Source of the DNA: Guillardia theta CCMP2712
Lineage: Eukaryota > Protista > Cryptophyta
Assembly: GCF_000315625.1 (NCBI RefSeq)
Contig: NW_005434664.1
Span: forward strand, 124,001 to 188,000
Direction of reading: 5' to 3'
DNA: 64,000 nt
Shown piece by piece: positions 25,468 through 36,421 of this stretch (within the stretch, counting starts at the first letter, position 1; every line of letters begins with the position of its first letter). Below the pieces are notes generated by a model. That model searched no databases. It was not told the DNA's origin and saw only the letters and a list, made by a program, of their open reading frames with translations. A program made the translations under genes and the position numbers.

Positions 25468-25648
25468 GGTGGGAAGACAGCTGTTTGATGATAGTGACGG
25501 AGGCGATGGCGTGAGATGGAGAAGGGAGAGGCAAGGGGAGGAGGAGGAAGGGGAGGGGAGAGGTGGAGCGGGGAGCAAAGGAGAAAGCGTTGAGGGGGGA
25601 GGAGATAGGGTAGCTGAGAGCAGTTTATATAGAGAGAGGGAGATCTTT

Positions 25649-28600
25649 TTAAGTGTTGTACAAGTCCTGCCATATCTCGATCAAGCTGTCGAGCCCGTAC
25701 AAGTAACCTATCAAAACTGTTAAAGTCTCCCCCTCCTCTCCCTCTCCCTCCCTTACCGTCTTCGTAGTTCCCTTCCTCCCACTCTTTCCTGCACGGAGGA
25801 GGAGGAGGAGTATGAGTAGGAAGGAGGAGGAAGGGGAGAGGGGGAGGAGGAGGAGGAGGAGGAGATCATGTAGATGGGTGAAGAACAGGACGAAGAAGGA
25901 GACAGGGAGAGGGCAGGACAAGGGCAAGAAGCAAAGGTCAGCTAACACTCTCAACGCGCAAACTCTCCTCCCCACCTGTGGTCGAGCGTCACCGGCACCT
26001 TGTTCGCATGCGCGAAGTCGATCATCCAGATTCCCAGCTTGCTCTCCTCCTCAGCGTCGTACACGAAGAGCAGGGAGCTGCCCACCAGCTCATGCAGGCG
26101 GAACCACTCCGAGGCCTCCAGCGCTGTGCGGAGATGCTTGAGACGTTCGAGGCAGGCAGCCCAGACCTCCGTCCTGCCGTTGAGGAACTTGTGGAAGGAA
26201 AGCTGGATATCTGCCTTGGAGCTGATCGTCTTCGTCTCGTCCTTGCTGATCGAGTTCTTACCCGCCTTCACCATCTCCAGGCGGAACCCGAAGTGACCCG
26301 AGGAGGACAGGCGCTCCCTGAACTGCATGTACCGCAGCTTCGTGATGCCCTCCTGGATCTCAGCTGGGGTCGGCTCTTCGGGAGCTGCTTTGATCATCTT
26401 CTCGAGCAGGTCCATCCTCTTCTTCTTGTTGCTCACCTCGCTCTCCTGGAACGTTCGCTTCCCCATCTTGATGTCCATCAGGCACGGCGACTTCAGCCCA
26501 GCTGTCAAGTCTTGGAGGATGGCCAGCTCATGCCCGCCCTCCTCCGCCTTCCCCCGGTACTCAGGGCAAAAAGAGCGCATCTCGTTGCCCATGAGCTCCT
26601 GCAGAGCCTCGTGCTCCACGTGGTTCGTCTTCTTCAGCACGCAGCCAGGCCAGTGGTCGGCCGTCACGAAACCATCTTCATGCCCAGCACCTTCGTGCTT
26701 CTTGGCGGCTGCCTTGTCCTCCTTTTCTGTAGAGGACGAAGATTCCTTCTTCTGCTTCTTGCCTGCAGTTGCCCCAGCATCTTCTCCCCCAGACTTGAGT
26801 CCGACTTCGTCGTGCTGAGTCTCCTTTGCATCTTTTACAGTGTTCTCCTCTTTGATACCATTTGTTTCTTTCACTTCCTTCTTTTCTCCTTTCTTCTCCA
26901 CGTGGTTGCTCGTCATCACTATCTTCTTGGCTGTATCCGCGTCTCCATTCCTCTCCCTCACTTCGATCGCCTCGTTCAGCAACGGCTCATCCCAGCTCTG
27001 GTTCAGGCTTAGAGCCTTTTCCACATGCATCTTGAGGCCGAACAGGAGGCTTTCAAGACCCGCGCAGGCCTCGTCTATTACAGGGAACGATCTGTTGGAC
27101 GACTGCGATGTTAATGAGAATGATTTTGCGCTCAAAATGACGTCAAGGAAGGTCAACCAGGTCTCCAGCACGCTCGCCTTCAAGCTCTTCGTCCTCCTCT
27201 CCTCGACTAGCCGACCGGCATGAAGCCTCACCCGCTTCCAATAGCTACGCGACGTCCAGTGCCAGAACAAATTCAGGATCTGCTTCCTTCTTCTGCGTGT
27301 GAGCGCCTTCGCCGCCGCTGCTCGTGCATGCTCCATGTATTTGCTGCACAGGAAGAACTCCTTCCACTCCTTGCTGTACCTCGACTGCATGCTGAGAGCT
27401 GTATGAGAAGCTATCACGCTCTCCCTCAACTTCCTCATCCTCTCTCGTCGGAAGTAATTCTGCCACATTCGAAGAGCGTTCGTCGCCTGGCAAGCTAGTC
27501 AATCAACGAGTATTGTACAACTTCACAGGCAGCAACAGGTCTGAGGTTACCTCAAATATTTTCCACCTCAAGCTGATTCGCATTTGAATCCGTCGCAATT
27601 CAATCTCGCGAATGCAGAATTGCCTCCAGTCGCGCAGGAAGCAGCTCACTGCGCCATGCAGCCAGAACTTGAGGACAGACTTGAGAGAATGCTTTGCTGC
27701 TCTGATCCTCTCGCTCACGATCTGGATCAACGAGACTCAGTCCAGACTCTCACAATCAAACAAGCAAAACAAGGCTCAAACAGCAGCACTCACCCTCCAG
27801 GAAGCAAACGCATGTCGCAGAGGAATAGATTCCATGCCCCAGTACGACGCAGCGACTGTGAGCTTGTTGAGAGCGAAAGGAGAGCATACTTTCTCCGAGA
27901 GGATGTCGAAGAACAACACGCTCCTCTGGGTTTTATCATGATTCCTCGAGACCTGGTCATTCGCGACAATCCCCTTCATGTTTGTGCTTGAAATCCTTCA
28001 CAAACTCAACGTCCACCTCTGTCAAATCGAACGCAGCCTCTTTTTACAGGCTCTATAATCTCATCGTTGAGGAACAGCAAATGTTAAAGCACATGAAATT
28101 AACGGCTGACGCATAGACCCTGAGTAGGGACACCTGACGTTATTCTCGTGCACCTCGCACCATCCAGGTGACCACAGTATCCAAACCCCTTGCAAGGGAG
28201 CTGAAACCTGAACCAAACCTATCAGTGAAACACCGGAGAAAGTTTCAAAATCTTTCAATGCTTCGACCAAAGCCAACCATACTCGTTTTCTTTTCCTTCA
28301 CAACTACTTGGGAGCTTAACGTTGAGACAAACGTTTGAAGATCATCAGTCATTTGTTCCTTACAACAAGCTGAACGCAAGTGGAAACATGCCGCCTGCCT
28401 GTCAAAGATATTGACACAGTTTCGTTGCGTTTCTTGCGATCTGTCTCTTCCTGCCATGGTTCTGCTTATCTACATGTTCAACTTGCGAAGAACACACGAC
28501 TTAGCTCTTGGTCCGGAGCGAACTCTGCTGCCTGCTAGGAAGCCACACATTTGGCAATGGCAAACCTACTCGTTCTCGCAACATCATCCTCTTGGTTTCA

Positions 28601-28716
28601 AACGTGCGTCCTCGATCGCGCATGCTCGCCCCGGCTTCTCAACATACTCCATGTAACATCTACTATCCCCTTCTCCTCTCCGATACCTCCATCATCATGT
28701 ACAGATCCTCCTCCAT
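25649..28716 (-). CDS. Inositol polyphosphate (IP3 3-) kinase with N-terminal Sfi1-like 33-aa repeats
   Basis: PCLMDIKMG (PxxxDxKxG), SSLLFVYD, MIDFAH; spliced C-terminus HRKEWEEGNYEDGYLYGLDSLIEIW; Trp residues spaced 33/33/33/36/33 upstream. Exons 5' of about 27980 uncertain. Confidence 0.85.
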
Positions 28717-28779
28717 GGTACTCTACTCGCCATTCCTCGTTCCTCCTGTATTCTTCCGCAGGGGTACCTCTTGAAGACG

Positions 28780-29480
28780 ATCTTTTTTCGAAATCTCTTT
28801 AGTCATGAAAATTGTTTCCATTCATTCAAAAGTTTAGATACTAATTTTAGTCATATTAAACTTTTTACCACCCACCCCACAATTTTCGCTCTCCTCCAAG
28901 CGCCTAGACCGGCAAAAACTTCCTTGGCTCGCGCCGGTCCGTTACTGCGCAACGATCGGTCAACTTAAAATTGATCTAGAGCTATAAAACACTTTTTCGC
29001 ATCGGAGTTTCCTGGGGTACCCCGGACCCCTCTGTTGACCATAAAAATGGGGGTACTACTACTGATACTGGTTCTGTCAATGCGGGTGGGTACCCGGAAA
29101 ATGTTCATTTGAGGAGAAGACGGGGGGGTGACCCTACCCCACCCCTCCAGGGGTCCAGAAATCTCCGTCCTACAACTTCTTCACTACCCCCATTTACCTA
29201 TCATAGTACCCCCATTATAGCACCCTACCTGGTTCCCCTACCCCTCAGGGCCTCGTATCTGTTTTGGCCCACCCTTGCCAAGTAAAGACTCGCCCACCTT
29301 TGGAACCGTTGATGACTTTTTTTATCGATTTAATCGACTTTGGCGATCGATTTAATCGACTTTGGCGATCGATTTAATCGCCGGGGCCACGTCGGCGCCC
29401 GGCGGCCCGGCGGCTCGATCGTCACAAAATTCCCGGTGAAACTAATTTATATTGTTTTTCACGAATACGAGCTCTCGGGG
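28780..29480. other. Intergenic island C with TACCCC tract, 22-bp tandem repeat and CCCGGTGAAACTAATTTAT motif
   Basis: (ATCGATTTAATCGACTTTGGCG) x2.6 at 29324-29380; 19-bp motif at 29432-29450 is identical to 43918-43936. Confidence 0.6.
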
Positions 29481-29524
29481 GATCGCAATGCATCGATGCG
29501 GGAAATAGGAAGAATGAGTTGGGA

Positions 29525-29614
29525 AGGAGGAGGAGGAGGAGGAGGAGGAGGAGGAGGAGGAGGAGGAGGAGGAGGAGGAGGAGGAGGAGGAGGAGGAGGA
29601 GGAGGAGGAGGAGG
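29525..29614. repeat. (GGA)n about 30 copies just upstream of the beta-helix gene start
   Basis: Directly visible. Confidence 0.95.
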
Positions 29615-29648
29615 AAAAACAAGGCGAGTAATTTCATTTGGCTTCAGC

Positions 29649-32489
29649 ATGAAGCTTTCCCTCTTCTTTCTCCTCCTCCTGAATTTTTTCGCTTACTGCT
29701 CCTCGTCATGTCGGAGATCGTTTGTCAAGCCGCTTCTCACGTTGCGTGGAGGCATGGGCAGAGCAGACGAGCATCTGCCGCGATCGGGTGACGCTGTGGT
29801 GATGCACAGCTCGTCGAAGGCACATGCTGTTCCTGGAGGCTGCGAAGTGTACGATTTCCTTCCATTGGCGGTGGAAAGCGCGCTAGAGGGGATGAGCAAA
29901 CGAGTCTTGGTGAGAGCAGGAAAGCACAGCTGGGACAGCGCGAAGCTGATCGTAGGAGGATGGAGGGCTGATCCAGCCAACCCCTACGAGTCCCTCCAAG
30001 AGCGAGAGGCCTCGGAGGTGACCAAGGAAATCACACGAGATGGCAAGTCGCCCACGGAGCAGACAGTCAGTCTGGTAGTGCAGGGGGAGGAAGGAGCAAG
30101 GATGTGGGGCATGTGGTTCCTTGAGCCTGAGAGCACAGGAAACTTCACCAACGTGACCTGTGCTGTGAACGCGTCGCACGACACGTCGCAATGTACCATA
30201 GAGGTCTGGGGGAGGGGATGGAAGTTCACGAGCTGTGGGATAAGGTGAGTAGGCTAACTTGGACCAGACTGCTGCTGCTGCCTTTGATGCTGCTCTTGTT
30301 CCCGCTCGTGTCCTCACTGTCGCTTCTTCCTCTACTCTTCATCCTCGCTTCAATCGGCTCATCACATTCTTCTCATTTTCTTCGCAGGAGTTTGCAAGGC
30401 ACAGCATTGAAATGCTCTAGGTGGGCCAGCATAAACTGCTCCTCATGTGGTGGGATATCTTTTCTGTTCTGTTTCTTCTTTCCTAGCTCGGCCTTCCCTG
30501 ATACTCCTGGCCCACTCCCAGCTCCATTTCCTCTTCACCTTCTTCTCGCCCCTTCTCTTCCTCCTTCCCTTCTTTGCCTCTTTCCCTCCTTGCCTCTCCC
30601 TGTCCTCGCTCCTCGCTCCTCGCTCCTCGCTCCCTCTCCCCTGCTCCTTGCTTGCTCCGCTCCTTCATCCACCTTTCTCTTCAAGTATCTTTTTTTCCTC
30701 ATGCCAAAGTCGATCAGGTATCGGTGGCCTTGGAGCCGGAGAGAAAGATGAGTACGGAGAATGGGTTAGTTTCCTCCTTTTGATCACTCCCTGACCTCTC
30801 TGTCCCGTCCTCGTAATACTTCCTTACCCCCAGCGTTCCTCTCACTTCCTCTCGTGTTCATCATTTTGCTTTCCCCTCCTTGAGTTCTAAGGAGTCGACC
30901 AGGTCATGGACAAACGCTTTCGGACCGGGGGAGAGCAACGAGCAGAGAATGGCGTCGAGATGCGGGACGTTAGCAGGTGGCTCGGCGTTGCGGGTCAGCT
31001 GTCGCCCTACTGACGGAATGCATGAAAGAGCTGCTCTTAGTGACTGCGTCTTGGAGTACACTGGCCTTGGGTCCTACGCTGTGCAGGTGAACCAGTCAGC
31101 TCTCCCCTTCCCCGTCCCCGTAGTCGTCCCCATCCCCGTCCCCGTCCCCGTCCTCGTCCTCGTCCCCGTCCCCGTCCCCGTCCCCGTCCCCGTCCCCGTC
31201 CCCGTAGTCGTCCTTGATTGGCTGAGCAGCAACACGAAGACACTCGACTGCGAGCCGAGCATTGGTGGGCGCTCGCAGACGTCCCCCCTGGTCCTTGACT
31301 TGAACTGCAGCATGATCCAGGGGAACAGCGTCGGCCTCTTTGTAGATAGGAACAGCCTGTGCGAGGTCTACAGGTGGTCAGCCGAGGAGGAGGCTGCTGC
31401 TGTGACTGGAGTGCAGGTGTGTCTTCAAGGACAACGACATGGGGGCTTTCTATGCTGGCCCGGTGGCCTACAACGCGAGCATGAGGCTGTGAGGCTTTTG
31501 ACACTCTTGCCCTTGGACTGAGCGCTCGCAGTGTAGGCAATAGGATCTACGGGAAGTTGTGGTTCAGCAGGAGGCGTCCAGGAGGGATCCTTGTACCGAC
31601 TCCAGCAGGAGCTCAGCTTGATCTGACGACGTTGTCAGGTGGAGGAACATCACATCGACCGCAACGGGCCAACGTTCAGCAATGAGACTGAGAAGGAGAG
31701 GAGCGAGAGACTTCTCAAGGTGACGAGCCTCCACATGCTCGCGCTCGAGCTCTGACCTCCTGCCTCCTGCCTCCCCCTCCTCCCTCTACCGTCCCTCTCC
31801 CTCTCCTCTCCTCCCCTTCCCCTCTCCTCATTTTCCGAGCAGGAGGAGCACCACGGGCTGGACATCTCCGATGGCTCCTTCAAGGGTCACTTTGACAACC
31901 TTCTCGAGCTGGACGCCTTCAATCCTCTCTGTCTCTCTGCTACCGGCGAGTCATGGAAGAGCCTCGAGGACAAGCTGAAGGAGACGACGCTCGGAGGATA
32001 CAACCAAGTCTATGCTGCTGCCCGGTGCGCTCTCCCTCCTCCTGCTCCGCTGAACATTGCATCAGCAACATCCAGAAGGTGGTGGAGGACGAGGAGACGT
32101 GGAAGGTGAGTCTGATGTGATCACTCGCAGCTTCTGACTTGAATGGCGGGGTTTAGCGAGGAGAAATCCCCCCGATGACCGAGGAAGTGAGTTCTGCCCT
32201 TGACCTTGACTCTCTCCCTGACTGCCGTCCAAGGATGCTGTCAACCTCCTGGAGGCGAACTGGCAGGACAACAAGGTGACGAGACTTGCAGACGACGAGC
32301 TTTCACGAAGCATGCACGCATGCCCACCAGCACTCCTCACCCTGTTATCTCCTCCTCTGAGTCTGCCATCAGGCGATAGAAGCATGGATCTACTCTCAGT
32401 TCCGAGAAGAAGGCACCAGGCTCCCTCAGCAGCAGCAGATGGATGGTAGCAGCGAGACTATAGAGGATGACGATCAAGATATCCTCTGA
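29649..32489 (+). CDS. Signal peptide + LRGG protein with right-handed beta-helix (pectin-lyase-like) region
   Basis: MKLSLFFLLLLNFFAYCSS, LTLRGG, GKHSW, MWGMWFL, Cys/Asn-ladder segments (LSDCVLEYTG, LNCSMIQGNSVGL); many exons; ends TGA 32487-32489. Confidence 0.55.
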
Positions 32490-32612
32490 ACACAGGCCTC
32501 AGTTTGCCTTTCAGGAGTTTATAATGCACATCTGGGTTTGAAAAGATCGTATCTCATCGCTTCAATGAATTCTGCGATCCAAGTCAACACAACTGTTATC
32601 ACCAGATGGGCC

Positions 32613-34335
32613 TTACGCGTTCTTTTGTTGGTACTCAAGGATTTGACTGCGCAAGTTGTGGTTGGGTGTCAACATCTTGTGCGGCAGTTTCTGTTAAAAA
32701 GGCGCGAGTCACAACGAGTTTGAAACTCAAACTCAAACTGCTCCTGCTCTTCACCATCTCTCACCTCGTTTGTCAAGGGGGATGTGTCGCGCGTTTGTAA
32801 CCATCTCTCAATCTCTACTCGCTCGTACCTGCACCGCACCATCAGCACCCACGAACGGGCCCAGTGTCATCAGAGCTCACGTGTGCCCGTCTGCAGCGAA
32901 CACTGGGTCGCTCATAATCTCCATGCTGCTCATGTTCAGAGAGACCGGAGGAGAGGGGGGGAGTTACCTTATGGGGCATCGGAAGGAATTCTCCAGCACC
33001 TAGGGACAAGTCAACGTCCTCTTGCATGTGAAGACATTGAGACAGACCGAATCAAGCTCATCCATTTCTTTCGCTTTAGCTTTCACCTCATTGGTCAAAT
33101 CAGGCCCTTTCAGATCTGATGCAGAAACATCGAACGGCAAAAAGTTAGAAGCTTTGCCATGGCCGAGCCGATCGAGCAACTACCTAGAGCGCGCATGGTC
33201 TTCTGAATCTGAAGAAAGGTCAGACTTAACATGCACTCAGCGTCTCATTCCTTCACCTGGTTAACATCTGGAGTATTTCGTGCTACGGGTGGCTGCGGAG
33301 GCGTGCGGTGAGGCGGGCTCTGAACTGTCTGCTTCCCCCCCGCCGTCTGCTGGCAACAGTTGTTAAGATTCGGAATTTGCGAGCAAGAACAAGATTCCTG
33401 TTCGTAAACTGGTTTCGACTTTGTTGCTCCTTTGTTCGCATTATCCTTTAAGTAACTTGGAGTGGCTGGCGGCTGGAAACACAAGCAGAAGTTAAAGACG
33501 TAACGCCAGAAGTTCACTTGAGACCTGTGATGGCTTTTTGAAGATGAAGGGATCACTTGTGAAAATTGCAGAGACTTCCCTGATAAGAGAAGTATTGAAG
33601 TCAGCTTTGTCATCAAGTGGAACAACAGGATACCTGAGCATTTCTACGATCGAGGATCGCTTCGTCCAATCATGAAGGTAGGGCAAATAAACCTGCCTGG
33701 AGTAAGAACAGAGTTGCAAAGAACACCCTTTCTCTTGTATACCAGGCCATGGGCATCGACGTGAAAATGATGCGGTTTGATCATCATATCTGGCGTTGGC
33801 TGATATGATATGATTTGAGTGTTCTCAAAGAACAGCAACTAAACGATACAATACCTGTATCATACACACTGGAGGAGAGTCGGGATGAGTTTCCCGCAAA
33901 AATACCGCAAGAGGGACATAATAACCTATAAACAAGGCACAAAACAAAAACATCATTACAATTGTCATCAGATTTTCAAAGCTGTACCGTTACTATTAAA
34001 AAACATCTGGACAGTCCCTTCAAGCTTGAAAAACTTTTGCTCGCTTCCTGTGTATCACTGTGAACATAATCCAAGATGTACATGTATCCAAGGCACCTGA
34101 CATCATTCCAACTGATGGTCTGAGATAAGGGAACTTTTGTAAAACTTCAAGAGCGTCCGCAGCTTGACGCGATGAGTCCTTGAGTTTTATCCCATGACTT
34201 TTCAATTGCCTTTGAACCTAAAATGATATCAGGTCTTCTGAAACAAGATAAGGACATTCTCACCTCCTTGATCGCTGCTTTCATATCACTTTTTGATGGG
34301 GCACTCATTGTATTGAACCAGTATCTGTTCAACAT
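32613..34335 (-). CDS. TSG101/Vps23-type UEV domain + Pro-rich linker + C-terminal U-box (about 12 small exons)
   Basis: Spliced ALEVLQKFPYLRPS..KFFKLEGTV..YYVPLAVFLRETHPDSPPVC..PTPDMMIKPHHFHVDAHGLVYLPYLHDW (UEV); FRCPISMEIMSDPVFAADGHTYERVEIERWLQTRDTSPLTNEKLPHKMLTPNHNLRSQI (U-box); stop 32613-32615. Confidence 0.85.
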
Positions 34336-35199
34336 CGCAAGAGAAAGCTTTCAGTTAATTTGATACGGAAAGATGAAGGTGATATTGGTGATGCATTCTT
34401 CTCATTCTGACACAGGAGCAATGGAGGTAACATTGGCGATTCATTCTTCCATTCTCAGGCAGATCGTGCATATCAGATGTAAACCGCAATTCATCGGAGC
34501 AAGAACAGCACAGGTGGATCACATGTGCCAAAAACAAATGGTGAAAACGGCCTGAAACAAGAAATGTGCCACGACAACCCACATCAAGTAGAGTTGCACC
34601 CTTGCTACATATAAATAGCCCCCAAAACCAGCACAGACATTTCACAGAAAGAAACTAACTAGCATCAGCACGTTGACGCCTGCAAAGTGACATTTGGTGA
34701 GATTCTGAGAAAATCTCGAGGGAAAAAAGGAATTAGGCGGAGAAAGTGGAGGAGAGAACAGGGGAGACCCAAATAGATAGCTCTGCAAGGGAGGAGAGGT
34801 TCGATTCAAGATAGACAACATGCGGGTATAGTGCAGGTAGAAATAGATTGATGATGAGATGAGTATGCCACTGAAGGCAAGATGACAGCGACGCAGCAAA
34901 CGCTTCTCTCATGGTAAGGAGCAGCAAGAGGAAAGGACATGACGGAGAAGGAAGACGATCAGAGTCGAGGAAGAAGACAGAGGAGTAGTGGGAGTATCAG
35001 TGACGGAGGACTCAAAGAAAGGGTGGCGGCAGAAATCTCAGCTAACGCAGCTGCTGCATGGCAACATAGGGGACAAGGTACCTCAGTTTGATCAATTGAA
35101 ATCAACTTGGAGTTTTGTCTTCGCATTTGAAATTATCAACGTACATTTGAAGTTTGTTATCCAAACCACATCAACCTCAAAACATCGGTGGTGGTCATG

Positions 35200-36350
35200 A
35201 CAAGGTGGGTGGTGCTCAGTAATGATTCGCTGCAACGAGGGGGTAGGGTAGGTGTGGTTCTGTGAATCTCAGACGGGGGTCATGCTCAGAGAACACTCCT
35301 AGACGGGTAGGGTCCAATTTTATGAAAGCCATTATTAAGATAAGTCGATCGATAAATTATAATAGATATACAAGGTGTAGGGCTCACATAGTACCGTCGA
35401 TGTAATCTAGAAATCTGGGGGTACTGCTGAGGCATTTTGCCTCCTGAAAATGAGAGGCCAATCAATTATTATTCAAAAACAGTATTTGATTGTAAGATTA
35501 AATTAAATATTTTAATGAAATTCTGGAAGCAAGGTATCCTGGGGGTCATCGAAATCAAGGGGGTACTTCCAATAGCAGGCAGGGGTATGTGCAAAAGGGG
35601 GGGTCATACATATTACCCCTATTTTGTCTGTAATTGTGGGGGTCCTCCACGGATTGTAGAAGGCTTGTTACGTCCGTTGAGATAAGCATAGCAAAATGCA
35701 CGGTGAAAATGGATGTGAAACTTGAACCTGACATTCATTTATTTCAAACTTTAGAAGTAATTTTGGCATACAATTTGCACCATCATTTACGGCAGCAAAT
35801 GTGACAGTACGTACGTTGAGGCTACCTTGTGGTGGCCAGTGGCCCGGCGCCGTCGGATCATCGGATCGCTCGGCCCGGCCCGACGAACTTTGGGCCGAAC
35901 AAGGGTCTCAGGTGTTCCGACTTGCAAACGCATCCGGCCCCGAGTCCAGGATCTTTCCTCGGCTGAGCTCTGAGTCAAGGCCTCGGCCACTTTTACTCAA
36001 AGTTAAGTTAAAAATCAGCCTCGGCCCTGTCCCCGCCGATGATCCCGAGTCCAAGTTGGCCGCGGCTCACAGCGGCACGATCAGTCACGGTGCCATCAGT
36101 CATCCGACCGGGGTGCGGCGTTCGGCCGCGCCGCCGGGGGCCGGGCGCTGCCAAGTTTCCTCGTACTACTGAGTTTTAACTTAACTTTGAGTAAACAATT
36201 GGCCCCTTGTGCGACAGTCAGGCTCACCTTTTAACTTAACTTTGAGTAAAGATCAGGTCACTGTCACAGCTAGTACGGTACCTAGTGATAGTGTCCAGGA
36301 CTCAGTCCGACTCGAGTCCGAGGCCGAGGACGGCCAGCGTACCGGTTATA
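35200..36350. other. Intergenic island D: GGGTA-rich tract, GC-rich core and 22-bp inverted repeats
   Basis: TTTACTCAAAGTTAAGTTAAAA at 35992-36013, with reverse-complement copies at 36174-36195 and 36229-36250. Confidence 0.65.
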
Positions 36351-36421
36351 GAATTATGTCAATGTGAACCCCTTGCGGCAGCCGTGAATGCTGTTTGACA
36401 TGCGGGGGGAGGGCGGCTGAG

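Noticed and set aside
25433-25723. Coding overlap between the large + strand gene and the last IPK exons
   Set aside because: The phase of the + gene's terminal exon is unresolved; an earlier stop at about 25467 is equally plausible.
17026-28716. Functional cilia/basal-body gene cluster (MAPK15, IQ protein, Sfi1-IPK)
   Set aside because: Adjacency alone is weak in a flagellate genome, and there is no co-regulation evidence.
29324-29380. CRISPR-like repeat
   Set aside because: No spacers, fewer than three copies, eukaryotic context, no cas genes.
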